This document shows positions 1 to 6,947 of a stretch of DNA of 24,000 nucleotides, piece after piece. Numbering within the stretch: the first letter of the stretch is position 1; each line of letters opens with the position of its first letter. Position numbers and translations under genes: made by a program. Under the pieces are notes generated by a model. It saw nothing but the letters and a program-made list of their open reading frames with translations, had not been told where the DNA came from and did not search any database. The stretch is from Mucilaginibacter sp. (GTDB taxonomy: Bacteria; Bacteroidota; Bacteroidia; Sphingobacteriales; Sphingobacteriaceae), in the NCBI RefSeq assembly GCF_031292485.1, contig NZ_JARLHA010000038.1; one strand, given 5' to 3'.

Positions 1-132
1 TTCTGATCTGCACATGAAAGTTAATAAAACATGGCTGCGCTTTGATAAATCATTTTTAAAATATAACTTTATGTAACCTATTGTATCTCTTTCAAGAACG
101 TTTACCCGCTAAACGGCTATATTTTCATCATA

Positions 133-156
133 GGAGACGCGATACTTCGCGTCTCC
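133..156. repeat. perfect 9-bp-stem hairpin GGAGACGCG-ATACTT-CGCGTCTCC
   Basis: Read directly. It shares the GAGAC/GTCTC stem core with the REP-like family but lacks the AACTACGGA core. Confidence 0.4.
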
Positions 157-332
157 CGGCGGAAAGGTAAAAGCCGTGGCCCGGACGATTATAACTGTTA
201 TAATTTGTTCTTTAAACGCATCCATGAACTCCTTCGTCGGTTCGTTCATTGGGGAAGGGAAGTGTTTAGCGAACTATTTAATTTACTACTTTTATCCGGC
301 ATTAAAATCCTGTGTCTTTTTAATTATAGATC

Positions 333-839
333 ATGAGCGTAACTTTCGATGTGTTTATTAAACGGACAAGACTATTTTATACAGGCTTAGCAATAACTAT
401 TGTAAGCGCTATAGTTCTTGGCTTATGCGGTGTATATAACGTTCAGTATAAAACGCCTTTGGAACCTCTTTTTGATGCACTGATCATTATTGCCTGTTTT
501 ACCTCCATGGGCTTTGTATTGCTAATGAGTACGGGCATCGTCAGGACCTATTATAAAGTTGGTGAATTGGTGCTGGCGGACGATCATTTGGTAATTAATG
601 GCGTTAAAATTGCGTTAAATGAAGCAAAGGAGATAGACCTGCAAGTCGCCACTGCCAGCATAAAGACCTTAGGCAATATGTTAGGCAACAAGATATCTGT
701 AACAGGAAGCAATGATGAAACTTATCAAAATCGCTTCGTGGTCAGGGGATACAACAGATATATCGAATTGGAAAATATTTTAAATAAATGGCGCACGAAC
801 GGCGTGGCTTTTAACATACGTTATAATAATTTTTGTTAA
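333..839 (+). CDS. hypothetical membrane protein (two predicted TM helices, soluble C-terminal domain)
   Basis: 168-aa ORF. Hydrophobic segments LFYTGLAITIVSAIVLGLCGV and LIIIACFTSMGFVLLMSTGIV. No family recognised by eye. Confidence 0.5.
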   Translation: MSVTFDVFIKRTRLFYTGLAITIVSAIVLGLCGVYNVQYKTPLEPLFDALIIIACFTSMGFVLLMSTGIVRTYYKVGELVLADDHLVINGVKIALNEAKEIDLQVATASIKTLGNMLGNKISVTGSNDETYQNRFVVRGYNRYIELENILNKWRTNGVAFNIRYNNFC

Positions 840-1032
840 TTTCCTGGTGGCGAACCTATCAGTGGAGCACGAGAAGCCGGGCGCTTTCGGCCTTTACGCG
901 GATTCTCGCGCGAGGAGGAGGATGATTTAGTTACTAAATGTGCTTTCTAAGTTACTGAAATACAAATAATCAAAACTAATAATCTGTAAATCTGCCCGAT
1001 AGTCCCTCTGATGTCACGAGACATGAGGTCCT

Positions 1033-1060
1033 GTCTTAAAAAGCAGGTGTTTTTTAAGAC
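1033..1060. terminator. hairpin between convergent genes (candidate bidirectional terminator)
   Basis: GTCTTAAAAA-GCAGGTGT-TTTTTAAGAC has a perfect 10-bp stem. The stem is A/T-rich, so strength is uncertain. Confidence 0.4.
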
Positions 1061-1103
1061 ACTATATAGCGTTAGGTCGGGCATTTTTTTGTTATAAAAT
1101 GAA

Positions 1104-2024
1104 TTATTTCCAGATAGTAGGTATATCGCGAAAACCTATTATACCTGAAGTTGGCTCCGCATTATCGCCATATACTGTCCATTCTATTTGACTGTTTTCA
1201 TCCCGATAATAATGATTAAGTATTATTTCTTTGGTATCAAGCTTAGTTCGCAGGCGCGGTAACAACGGATCGAATCTTGACGGTCCATATTTATAAATAG
1301 GAGGCTGCCCTGGCATTGTCATTTTTACATCAACAATGTCCCTAACTGTATTATCACCAAAGAACTCACTCATTTGTGTAGATGATGGAATATGTTCACT
1401 TTTTAAGCGTTTGGTTTGAAACATAATATAACAATTTATATAATTGCATAACACAACCCCTGCGTTTTTTGCAAAAGTTAACAAACGATATTCTCTCGTT
1501 CCATTAAATTCATTATACCATATCTCAAATTCTATTAGAAGCTTTGGATGCTTGGGTCTATTAAATACGTCTCGTACCTCATAATCATTCATAGGCACCG
1601 AAATGAAATTATATCTACGGTAATATTTATGGTCGTTGGCTTGATGAGCGGTTGAACTTTTACCTACGTTAATTAAATAGACGACTTTTTCGACATCACC
1701 GTCAATTTCAATGGGATAAATCTGAATGTCCTCAATTCTTGGTTGAATATTGCTCTGTATGATTTGCTCGAGCCATTCCTTTGAGATCAATTTTCGTTCT
1801 ATTGGCTCAATTGACGATGCAAGATGCTTGTTAATATTGTCTTCCTTTAGCCCATAAATGATTATCCCGCCAGCGGAATTTGCAAATGCAGATATGTCTT
1901 TTGATATCTCTTTAACCTTATTATCTTGTCGTTCTAACGCGCCAGCGCCTTTAAATTCAAGGTTAATACTTTCTTCAATTCGATCTTGGATGATCGATAT
2001 TAAATATTCTTGGTTATAGGTCAT
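1104..2024 (-). CDS. AlbA_2 / Schlafen-like putative DNA-binding (divergent AAA) domain protein with unrecognised C-terminal half
   Basis: 306-aa ORF. The N-terminal ~150 aa fit the AlbA_2 pattern (INLEFKGAG...ISKDISAFANSAGGIIIYGLKED...VVYLINVGKS...YYRRYN). The C-terminal ~150 aa are not recognisable. The gene is visibly AT-rich: hand counts of four 60-nt lines gave 32-40% GC. Confidence 0.7.
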   Translation of the reverse strand: MTYNQEYLISIIQDRIEESINLEFKGAGALERQDNKVKEISKDISAFANSAGGIIIYGLKEDNINKHLASSIEPIERKLISKEWLEQIIQSNIQPRIEDIQIYPIEIDGDVEKVVYLINVGKSSTAHQANDHKYYRRYNFISVPMNDYEVRDVFNRPKHPKLLIEFEIWYNEFNGTREYRLLTFAKNAGVVLCNYINCYIMFQTKRLKSEHIPSSTQMSEFFGDNTVRDIVDVKMTMPGQPPIYKYGPSRFDPLLPRLRTKLDTKEIILNHYYRDENSQIEWTVYGDNAEPTSGIIGFRDIPTIWK

Positions 2025-2110
2025 ATTCTTTATTATTCATCCAAATATACTATTCTAATATCAGGCTTGATGGATAATTTTCTTTATTAAATAACTTATC
2101 CCCGGTGCCC

Positions 2111-2160
2111 ACTGTTCGTTGTTTCGCAACTACGGACGACTATGCTTTGAGATTTCGTAA
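2111..2160 (+). repeat. REP-like element copy A (short form)
   Basis: GTTCGTTGTTTCGCAACTACGGACGACTATGCTTTGAGATTTCG. An imperfect hairpin around AACTACGGAC followed by a degraded GAGAC hairpin. Confidence 0.6.
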
Positions 2161-2185
2161 TTAACAAAACGAGTTTTTACCAGCC

Positions 2186-2725
2186 CTAAAACTTTTTATC
2201 CCAGTTAAAAAGGTTTTGGGGGCGTTTGGCTTCTATCAATATCCCATATTTTTTTCCGGTAATGTTATATTTAGTTTTAAGCTGCTCTTCGGTAAGTACG
2301 TCAAGCGATATAAACAGCCAATCATCCAATGTGGCCAAGTCCCCTTCAAAATCGTGGGTTTTCACCTTGTCGTTAATAATATACTGAAAGGTGGTATCGC
2401 TTTTAGTGATGGTATAGAGGCTGTCGTATGCAGCGGATTTTTTACGGAGGAAGGCTATATAGTGATTTCGGGCAAAAGCCTTTGTTTGAATCAGCACGAC
2501 ACCGTCTTTGGCCGAAGTTCCGTAGTAGTTGGTCGCATCCGTATCGGTTAAAACAGTTAGGCGTGCAACAGTATTGGGGTCGAAGGCCATAAATTGATCA
2601 TGTGTTAATTTTACGCTATCGACAATAAAAATCGGATGGGGCCCTAATTTTGGCGCTGCGGGGGCATTCTGTTGCGCGAAAGGAAAAAGTGGCGCTATCA
2701 GCAATAAAAAAAGGATTTTTTTCAT
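2186..2725 (-). CDS. hypothetical secreted protein (N-terminal signal peptide)
   Basis: 179-aa ORF starting MKKILFLLLIAPLFPFAQQ. The internal DGVVLIQTK resembles the plug/carboxypeptidase-regulatory-type motif, but no family is assigned. Confidence 0.6.
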   Translation of the reverse strand: MKKILFLLLIAPLFPFAQQNAPAAPKLGPHPIFIVDSVKLTHDQFMAFDPNTVARLTVLTDTDATNYYGTSAKDGVVLIQTKAFARNHYIAFLRKKSAAYDSLYTITKSDTTFQYIINDKVKTHDFEGDLATLDDWLFISLDVLTEEQLKTKYNITGKKYGILIEAKRPQNLFNWDKKF

Positions 2726-2813
2726 TTATAAGTGTTCAGGAAATATTTTATAAATATAAGAATCTGATTGCTAATATAAAATATGATATGCAGTAGGCTA
2801 TTTGGCTGCCTGC

Positions 2814-2935
2814 TGTGCGTGGTTTCCAAACTACGGACGACTATGCCTGGAGACTTCGTCTCAACACCACCTTGCCGTTTTAGCAAAACCGATGTTCCTA
2901 ATTTCAAGTTGAATTGATAATCTGACCATAACCCG
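2814..2935 (+). repeat. REP-like element copy B (long form, ~105 nt)
   Basis: TTCCAAACTACGGACGACTATGCCTGGAGACTTCGTCTCAACACCACCTTGCCGTTTTAGCAAAACCGATGTTCCTAATTTCAAGTTGAATTGATAATCTGA. About nine differences from copy D by eye. Confidence 0.7.
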
Positions 2936-2979
2936 CTATCTTCGTTCATCCGTAATAAAAAAACCTAAATACTTTAGTT

Positions 2980-3459
2980 ATGCCAGATTCAACAAACACA
3001 CTTCCCGAACAAATTATTGAAACGAGCCGGGCATTTACCCAAACGCTCGAAATGGAAAATGCGGTTTTCAGCGGCCAGCTCAATGGCGCTATTGAAATGA
3101 CCGTGCACGCCTTTAGTGAGCTGATCGCACTTTGCAAAGCGGCGATAGCTGTTGCAAACGTTGACACTGCCAGGGGAAAGCAAAAGCTTGCAGACACCGC
3201 GCAGCAGGCGCTTTCCGACGTTCAGAACGCAGCAGGTCAGCCAAATAGTTCCCCAACGAAGATTACGCCTACCGAGGCTATGCTTGACTCTGCCGTTTTA
3301 CAGGCCGTCGGACAGTCGTACCAAAACGCAGTAACCGCGCAGCAGCAAATGTATATCACGCAGCAGGCGGCCGCCACCCAAATAATAGCCACCATTTTAA
3401 GTGTTGCTACAGCAACACTGGGAGTAGCAGTTAAAGAGGCCGAAAGCGGCGGGCATTAA
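2980..3459 (+). CDS. RebB-like (R-body / killing-trait family) protein
   Basis: 159-aa Ala/Gln-rich ORF. PEQIIETSRAFTQT near the N-terminus and AVGQSYQNAVTAQQQMYITQQAAATQIIATILSV near the C-terminus resemble the RebB family pattern (QITD.VTQ ... NAV.AQQQ ... AAT). Recognised by eye only. Confidence 0.55.
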   Translation: MPDSTNTLPEQIIETSRAFTQTLEMENAVFSGQLNGAIEMTVHAFSELIALCKAAIAVANVDTARGKQKLADTAQQALSDVQNAAGQPNSSPTKITPTEAMLDSAVLQAVGQSYQNAVTAQQQMYITQQAAATQIIATILSVATATLGVAVKEAESGGH

Positions 3460-3490
3460 ATTCGTTAGTTCTGTTTTTTTATCAGTCCTA

Positions 3491-3540
3491 TGTCCGCACT
3501 TTCCAAACTACGGACGAATATGCCTGGGGACTGCGTCTCC
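3491..3540 (+). repeat. REP-like element copy C (short form)
   Basis: GTCCGCACTTTCCAAACTACGGACGAATATGCCTGGGGACTGCGTCTCC. Confidence 0.6.
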
Positions 3541-3614
3541 ATTGGAATTGGTTATGAATTTAAGCGCTGTATTAATTAAAATCAAGCGCATTTGCACACC
3601 TAAAAACTTAAAAG

Positions 3615-3622
3615 TAAATTTG
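3615..3622 (+). promoter_or_regulatory. candidate Bacteroidota -7 box (TAnnTTTG) for the ParE/RelE module
   Basis: TAAATTTG, 33 nt upstream of the ATG at 3655. Confidence 0.35.
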
Positions 3623-3654
3623 TATAAACAGCCGAACTAACAAACCGGATTTTT

Positions 3655-3837
3655 ATGGAGATTACTAAAGGTGAATTACAGCATATTTTGGATACGATGC
3701 CCGATAAGGTAGATGTGGAGGAAGTATTTGACAAAATATTGATCTCTGCCAAAATTGAACAAGCCTTACAAGAGTCGGAACAAGGGCTTGGTGAAGATTG
3801 GGAAGATTTTAAAACAGCATGGCTAAAAGAAAATTAG
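3655..3837 (+). CDS. putative antitoxin of the ParE/RelE module
   Basis: 60-aa acidic ORF overlapping the downstream toxin ORF by 19 nt. An exact TAnnTTTG box lies 33 nt upstream. Confidence 0.55.
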   Translation: MEITKGELQHILDTMPDKVDVEEVFDKILISAKIEQALQESEQGLGEDWEDFKTAWLKEN

Positions 3838-4142
3838 TCGCTATACAAATTTTACCGGTCGCGAAGCAGGATCTGCAGGAAATTGTGGATTTTATAGCAC
3901 AGGGTTCAATTAAATATGCGAACCTGGAAAAGCGGCTGATTATAGAAGCGATAAATCGCCTTTATTATTTCCCGGAATTGGGAACGCCATTCAGTTATAA
4001 ATCGGTAGAAGCACGACAACTGGTGTTCAGAAATTATTTGATCATATATCGTTTTAAAACTGAACAACTGATCGAAATCCTTACCGTTCATCATCATTCC
4101 CGCCTGATAGCGAATAACCCCGCTTTTAAAGATAAAGATTAA
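3819..4142 (+). CDS. type II toxin, RelE/ParE family
   Basis: 107-aa ORF. AKQDLQEIVDFI...FPELG...RQLVFRNYLIIYRF...IEILTVHHHSR is the typical ParE/plasmid-stabilisation pattern. Overlapping upstream small ORF. Confidence 0.75.
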   Translation: MAKRKLVAIQILPVAKQDLQEIVDFIAQGSIKYANLEKRLIIEAINRLYYFPELGTPFSYKSVEARQLVFRNYLIIYRFKTEQLIEILTVHHHSRLIANNPAFKDKD

Positions 4143-4147
4143 TTGCC

Positions 4148-4272
4148 CCGATGTTCGTATTTTCCAAACTACGGACGAAATGCCTTGAAACTTCGTCTCA
4201 ACACCGCCTTGCCGTTTAAGCAATACCGATGTTCCTAATTTCCAATTGAATTGATAATCTGAAAATAACCCT
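4148..4272 (+). repeat. REP-like element copy D (long form)
   Basis: CCGATGTTCGTATTTTCCAAACTACGGACGAAATGCCTTGAAACTTCGTCTCAACACCGCCTTGCCGTTTAAGCAATACCGATGTTCCTAATTTCCAATTGAATTGATAATCTGA. CCGATGTTC..TTTCCAA occurs twice within it. Confidence 0.7.
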
Positions 4273-4275
4273 TCT

Positions 4276-4330
4276 GATGTCCGTAGTTTCCGAACTACGG
4301 ACGACTATGCCTTGAGACTTCGTCTCAACT
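4276..4330 (+). repeat. REP-like element copy E (short form, best-preserved hairpins)
   Basis: GTCCGTAGTT-TCCG-AACTACGGAC is a perfect 10-bp stem. It is followed by GACTATGCCTT and GAGAC-TTC-GTCTC. Directly abuts copy D. Confidence 0.7.
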
Positions 4331-4417
4331 ATCAAACTGGCCGCTAATAAACAAGCTGGCCTGGTTGTTTTTTGACCGGAAAACCCGCGGATTGGCAAAA
4401 GGGATATATTGATCTGG

Positions 4418-4918
4418 CTATAAACCCAACTGCGCAATATCAGCCATCGGCAGGAACATCTTTCCGCTGTCCGGTAGCAGGATAAATCCAAATTTTTCGT
4501 AAAATGCGGTTGCCTCGTCGTCTAAAGGGTCAACAACAACGCCAATGGATCCTAAACTTTCACCCGCGACGGTAAAACTTCTTTTCAGTGCATCTAACAA
4601 AAGTAGGCCACCTAATCCTTGTCCTTTATATTTTATATCGACTGCTAATCTTCCGGGTAGTGTAACGGGAAGTGCGGTATAAGATCCCGGCATCTTCTTT
4701 TTAATGGCTTCAGGCATCAGTTCAGCGGGGACAGATGCGTTTGAGAGCGTATAATAACCTTTTATGGTAGTGTTCTCAAATAGGGCGAAAACTACGCATA
4801 GCTTGCGTTTAACATCCTGGCTTGCCTGTGTATGCAGATATTTATCCAGCAGATCTTTGCCGCAGCTGAAATCCTTTTTATTTAATGTCGGATTCAGCAG
4901 GTCTAATTTAACGCTCAT
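4418..4918 (-). CDS. GNAT family N-acetyltransferase (TacT-like toxin of a DUF1778/GNAT module)
   Basis: 166-aa ORF. RLAVDIKYKGQGLGGLLLLDAL acetyl-CoA-binding motif. Its start overlaps the stop of the upstream DUF1778 ORF by 4 nt. Confidence 0.8.
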   Translation of the reverse strand: MSVKLDLLNPTLNKKDFSCGKDLLDKYLHTQASQDVKRKLCVVFALFENTTIKGYYTLSNASVPAELMPEAIKKKMPGSYTALPVTLPGRLAVDIKYKGQGLGGLLLLDALKRSFTVAGESLGSIGVVVDPLDDEATAFYEKFGFILLPDSGKMFLPMADIAQLGL

Positions 4919-5211
4919 TTATTCTCCTGTATGAATAATTTATAACGTTCGGCAGCATCCCGCAATTTTCGATTCGGGCCTTGCGGGTTCATCAGCGCAT
5001 TAAAAAATATCTCCTGGTCTTTTTCAGAGGCTAAAATGGTGTTGTGTTCACGGATAATGGTATTGGCTTTTTCCTGTACCGCGTTAATGATAAAATCGGT
5101 CAGCGTTCTAAACCCGCCCAAACTGGCCGCATACTCAAAAAGTTCTTTCTGTACTTTTGGTATTTTGGCATCAAACCTGGCTTTTTCTGAAAGTGTTAAT
5201 TGCTTTTCCAT
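4915..5211 (-). CDS. DUF1778 domain antitoxin (TacA-like)
   Basis: 98-aa ORF with the RHH-like pattern RFDAKIPKVQKELFEYAASLGGFRTLTDFIINAVQEKA. Translationally coupled to the GNAT gene. Confidence 0.8.
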   Translation of the reverse strand: MEKQLTLSEKARFDAKIPKVQKELFEYAASLGGFRTLTDFIINAVQEKANTIIREHNTILASEKDQEIFFNALMNPQGPNRKLRDAAERYKLFIQENK

Positions 5212-5287
5212 GATCCGCTATTTTCTTAAGACAAAGATACGGAAATAATACGTACAGGGTAAAAGGAAAATAATTTATCCGCTATCC

Positions 5288-5326
5288 GGGACTTTCGAAA
5301 CTACGGATCATTATGCCCTGATCCTA
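5288..5326 (+). repeat. REP-like element copy F (degenerate)
   Basis: GGGACTTTCGAAACTACGGATCATTATGCCCTGATCCTA. Overlaps the stop codon of the PAP2-like gene. Confidence 0.45.
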
Positions 5327-6001
5327 TACGTTTACCTTCTCGCCTGATAAAGCCAAAGAATCTGGTTGAATCCTGCCATTAAAAAAAAGATAACGGGTTA
5401 AACGGTAACAGGCATAAACCACAACCGGCGCTGCCAAAACATCGATGGTATAATGCACGTGCTGTAAAAGCAATAAACAGGCAACAGCAATAGCGGCGAT
5501 CAGCGCTATTATTTTATCTGTTCGTTTTTCAAGGCATAAAAAAATTGTAACCATTGTAGCGGTGTGCCCCGAAAAAAACAGGTCTTTGGTAATCACGGCG
5601 TTGTGGTAAAAAGCGCTGTTGACCGGGTCTGTCAAAAGGATTATGCCTTGAGGCGGGTTAAGCGCGACCAGGCTGAGGGTGACGAAACGCACGATATAAA
5701 TGAATATATACGTCCAGCAAAAGGTGATATAAATGGAAGGGTTTTTGATGGTACTGGTGATGGTCAATAAAGCCATCCCCCAGATCAGCGTAAAAATTAA
5801 AACCGATACATTATGCGGCGGGACGCGTGCCAGCAGCCAGTCGTTTAACACTACTCCCTGCCTTTTTTGAAGGTAGCCAAAAAAGAAAGGTAAGGCATAA
5901 ATTATGGCAAGCATGATTGCGGTGCCGGTAATCAGCTGATAGCGTTTGTAACGTAAATTCCAGGTAACGGTCCAGTTATCTGTTAGGGCAGGGGAAGACA
6001 T
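5324..6001 (-). CDS. PAP2_C / sphingomyelin-synthase-like integral membrane phosphotransferase
   Basis: 225-aa polytopic ORF. FFSGHTATMV and HVHYTIDVLAAPVVVYACY match the S-G-H-T (D3) and H-Y-T-x-D-V (D4) motifs of the SMS family. Confidence 0.65.
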   Translation of the reverse strand: MSSPALTDNWTVTWNLRYKRYQLITGTAIMLAIIYALPFFFGYLQKRQGVVLNDWLLARVPPHNVSVLIFTLIWGMALLTITSTIKNPSIYITFCWTYIFIYIVRFVTLSLVALNPPQGIILLTDPVNSAFYHNAVITKDLFFSGHTATMVTIFLCLEKRTDKIIALIAAIAVACLLLLQHVHYTIDVLAAPVVVYACYRLTRYLFFNGRIQPDSLALSGEKVNV

Positions 6002-6039
6002 ATTTGGGCGCTGTATTAATGGGGTATCGGCAAAATGGA

Positions 6040-6102
6040 AACTTTAAAAACTACTGCCCAAAACTACTAACTAATGGGGACAATGCCTCGAACCAATGTC
6101 TC
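6040..6102 (+). repeat. REP-like element copy G (highly degenerate, uncertain)
   Basis: AAAACTACTGCCCAAAACTACTAACTAATGGGGACAATGCCTCGAACCAATGTCTCC keeps AAACTAC..ATGCCT..GTCTC spacing only. Confidence 0.3.
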
Positions 6103-6140
6103 CGATTATTCGCAGGTAATAGCCTTAGCTCAATTTACCT

Positions 6141-6818
6141 TCACATCAATTTAAGTTCTTTTAGCATATCCTTGTCCGTTAGCACGGTAATTTTCATCCA
6201 CACTTCTTTATCCGGGTTGCCGTCTTTATTAACTTTTACGGCAGTTACTTTGTCAATAAAATCCATTCCTTTAACAATTTCGCCAAACACGGTATAATTC
6301 TGGTCTAAAAAAGGTGTGCCGCCGATGGTGCGGTAGGTTTCGCGCTGGGCTTCGGTGAAATGCAGGCCAAGTTTTTTTTCAATGATGTCCAGTTGTTCGT
6401 TGGAATAGGCTTTACCGTCGACAAAGTAGATCTGGGTGGTAAATGATGCTTTGTCTTTATTATCATCGCGGCCCATGGCCAGGGCGCCCCGTTTATGGAA
6501 CAAAGCCGGGTTAAATTCGGGTTGGATCCATTTTTGCTCGGGCTTTAAGGTTTTTGACTTATCGTAAAGGGAATCCGGGTCGCCGCCCTGTATAACGAAA
6601 CCCTTCAAGATCCGGTTAAAGGTAGTAGCGTCAAAATAATGCGCTTTAACCAGTTTGATAAAATTATCGCGGTGTACCGGGGTTTCATTATAAAGCTTCA
6701 CAACGCAATAGCCCTGTGCAGTTTCAATTTTTACATACTGGCTTTTTTGTTGCGCCATGGCAGGTAGCAGCAAACAGCATAATACGCCGGCAATAAGGGG
6801 TTTTAAAATTCTTATCAT
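6141..6818 (-). CDS. peptidylprolyl isomerase, cyclophilin type, secreted
   Basis: 225-aa ORF. Signal peptide MIRILKPLIAGVLCCLLLPAMAQQ. FNRILKGFVIQGGDP and YTVFGEIVKGMDFIDKV are cyclophilin signatures. Confidence 0.9.
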   Translation of the reverse strand: MIRILKPLIAGVLCCLLLPAMAQQKSQYVKIETAQGYCVVKLYNETPVHRDNFIKLVKAHYFDATTFNRILKGFVIQGGDPDSLYDKSKTLKPEQKWIQPEFNPALFHKRGALAMGRDDNKDKASFTTQIYFVDGKAYSNEQLDIIEKKLGLHFTEAQRETYRTIGGTPFLDQNYTVFGEIVKGMDFIDKVTAVKVNKDGNPDKEVWMKITVLTDKDMLKELKLM

Positions 6819-6947
6819 AAATTAAATTAAAGATACAAATAAGCTTTGATATGGCGGAATGTTGAGCGATCCACACTTTACTTTTGCATTCCGGATTTAA
6901 GTATTGTATTTTTAATTTATGATCTGCATAAAACATTCAATTAACCA

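Noticed and set aside
176-361. 61-aa plus-strand ORF upstream of the first gene
   Set aside because: No motifs. It overlaps the start of the 333..839 ORF and is probably non-coding leader or promoter sequence.
145-906. Possible long-range inverted repeat (CGGAAAGGTAAAAGCCG at ~159-175 vs GCGCTTTCGGCCTTTACGCG at ~881-900) flanking gene 333..839
   Set aside because: The two segments share reverse-complement words, but in non-collinear order, so they do not form a clean inverted repeat.
2722-2949. 75-aa minus-strand ORF (MNEDSGLWSDYQFNLKLGTSVLLKRQGGVETK...) in the gap upstream of the RebB-like gene
   Set aside because: It is a translation of REP-like copy B. The homologous copy D carries a 1-nt indel that breaks the frame (the corresponding ORFs 3906..4223 and 4216..4491 read differently), so conservation is at the nucleotide level, not the protein level.
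2946-3334. ORFs 2946..3197(-), 2989..3183(-) and 3152..3334(+) overlapping the RebB-like gene
   Set aside because: They are alternative-frame or antisense ORFs inside an Ala/Gln-rich, GC-rich gene. No motifs, and the 159-aa frame is the only one with a recognisable pattern.
2980-3459. A complete R-body (reb) operon
   Set aside because: Only one Reb-like ORF is present. No RebA/RebC/RebD-like neighbours are in the window, so R-body production cannot be inferred.
3906-4491. Minus-strand ORFs 3906..4223 (105 aa) and 4216..4491 (91 aa)
   Set aside because: The first is antisense to the well-supported ParE gene and runs into repeat D. The second spans repeats D/E and overlaps the GNAT gene end. 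The peptide similarity (GGVETK, GIVVRS) is repeat-derived.
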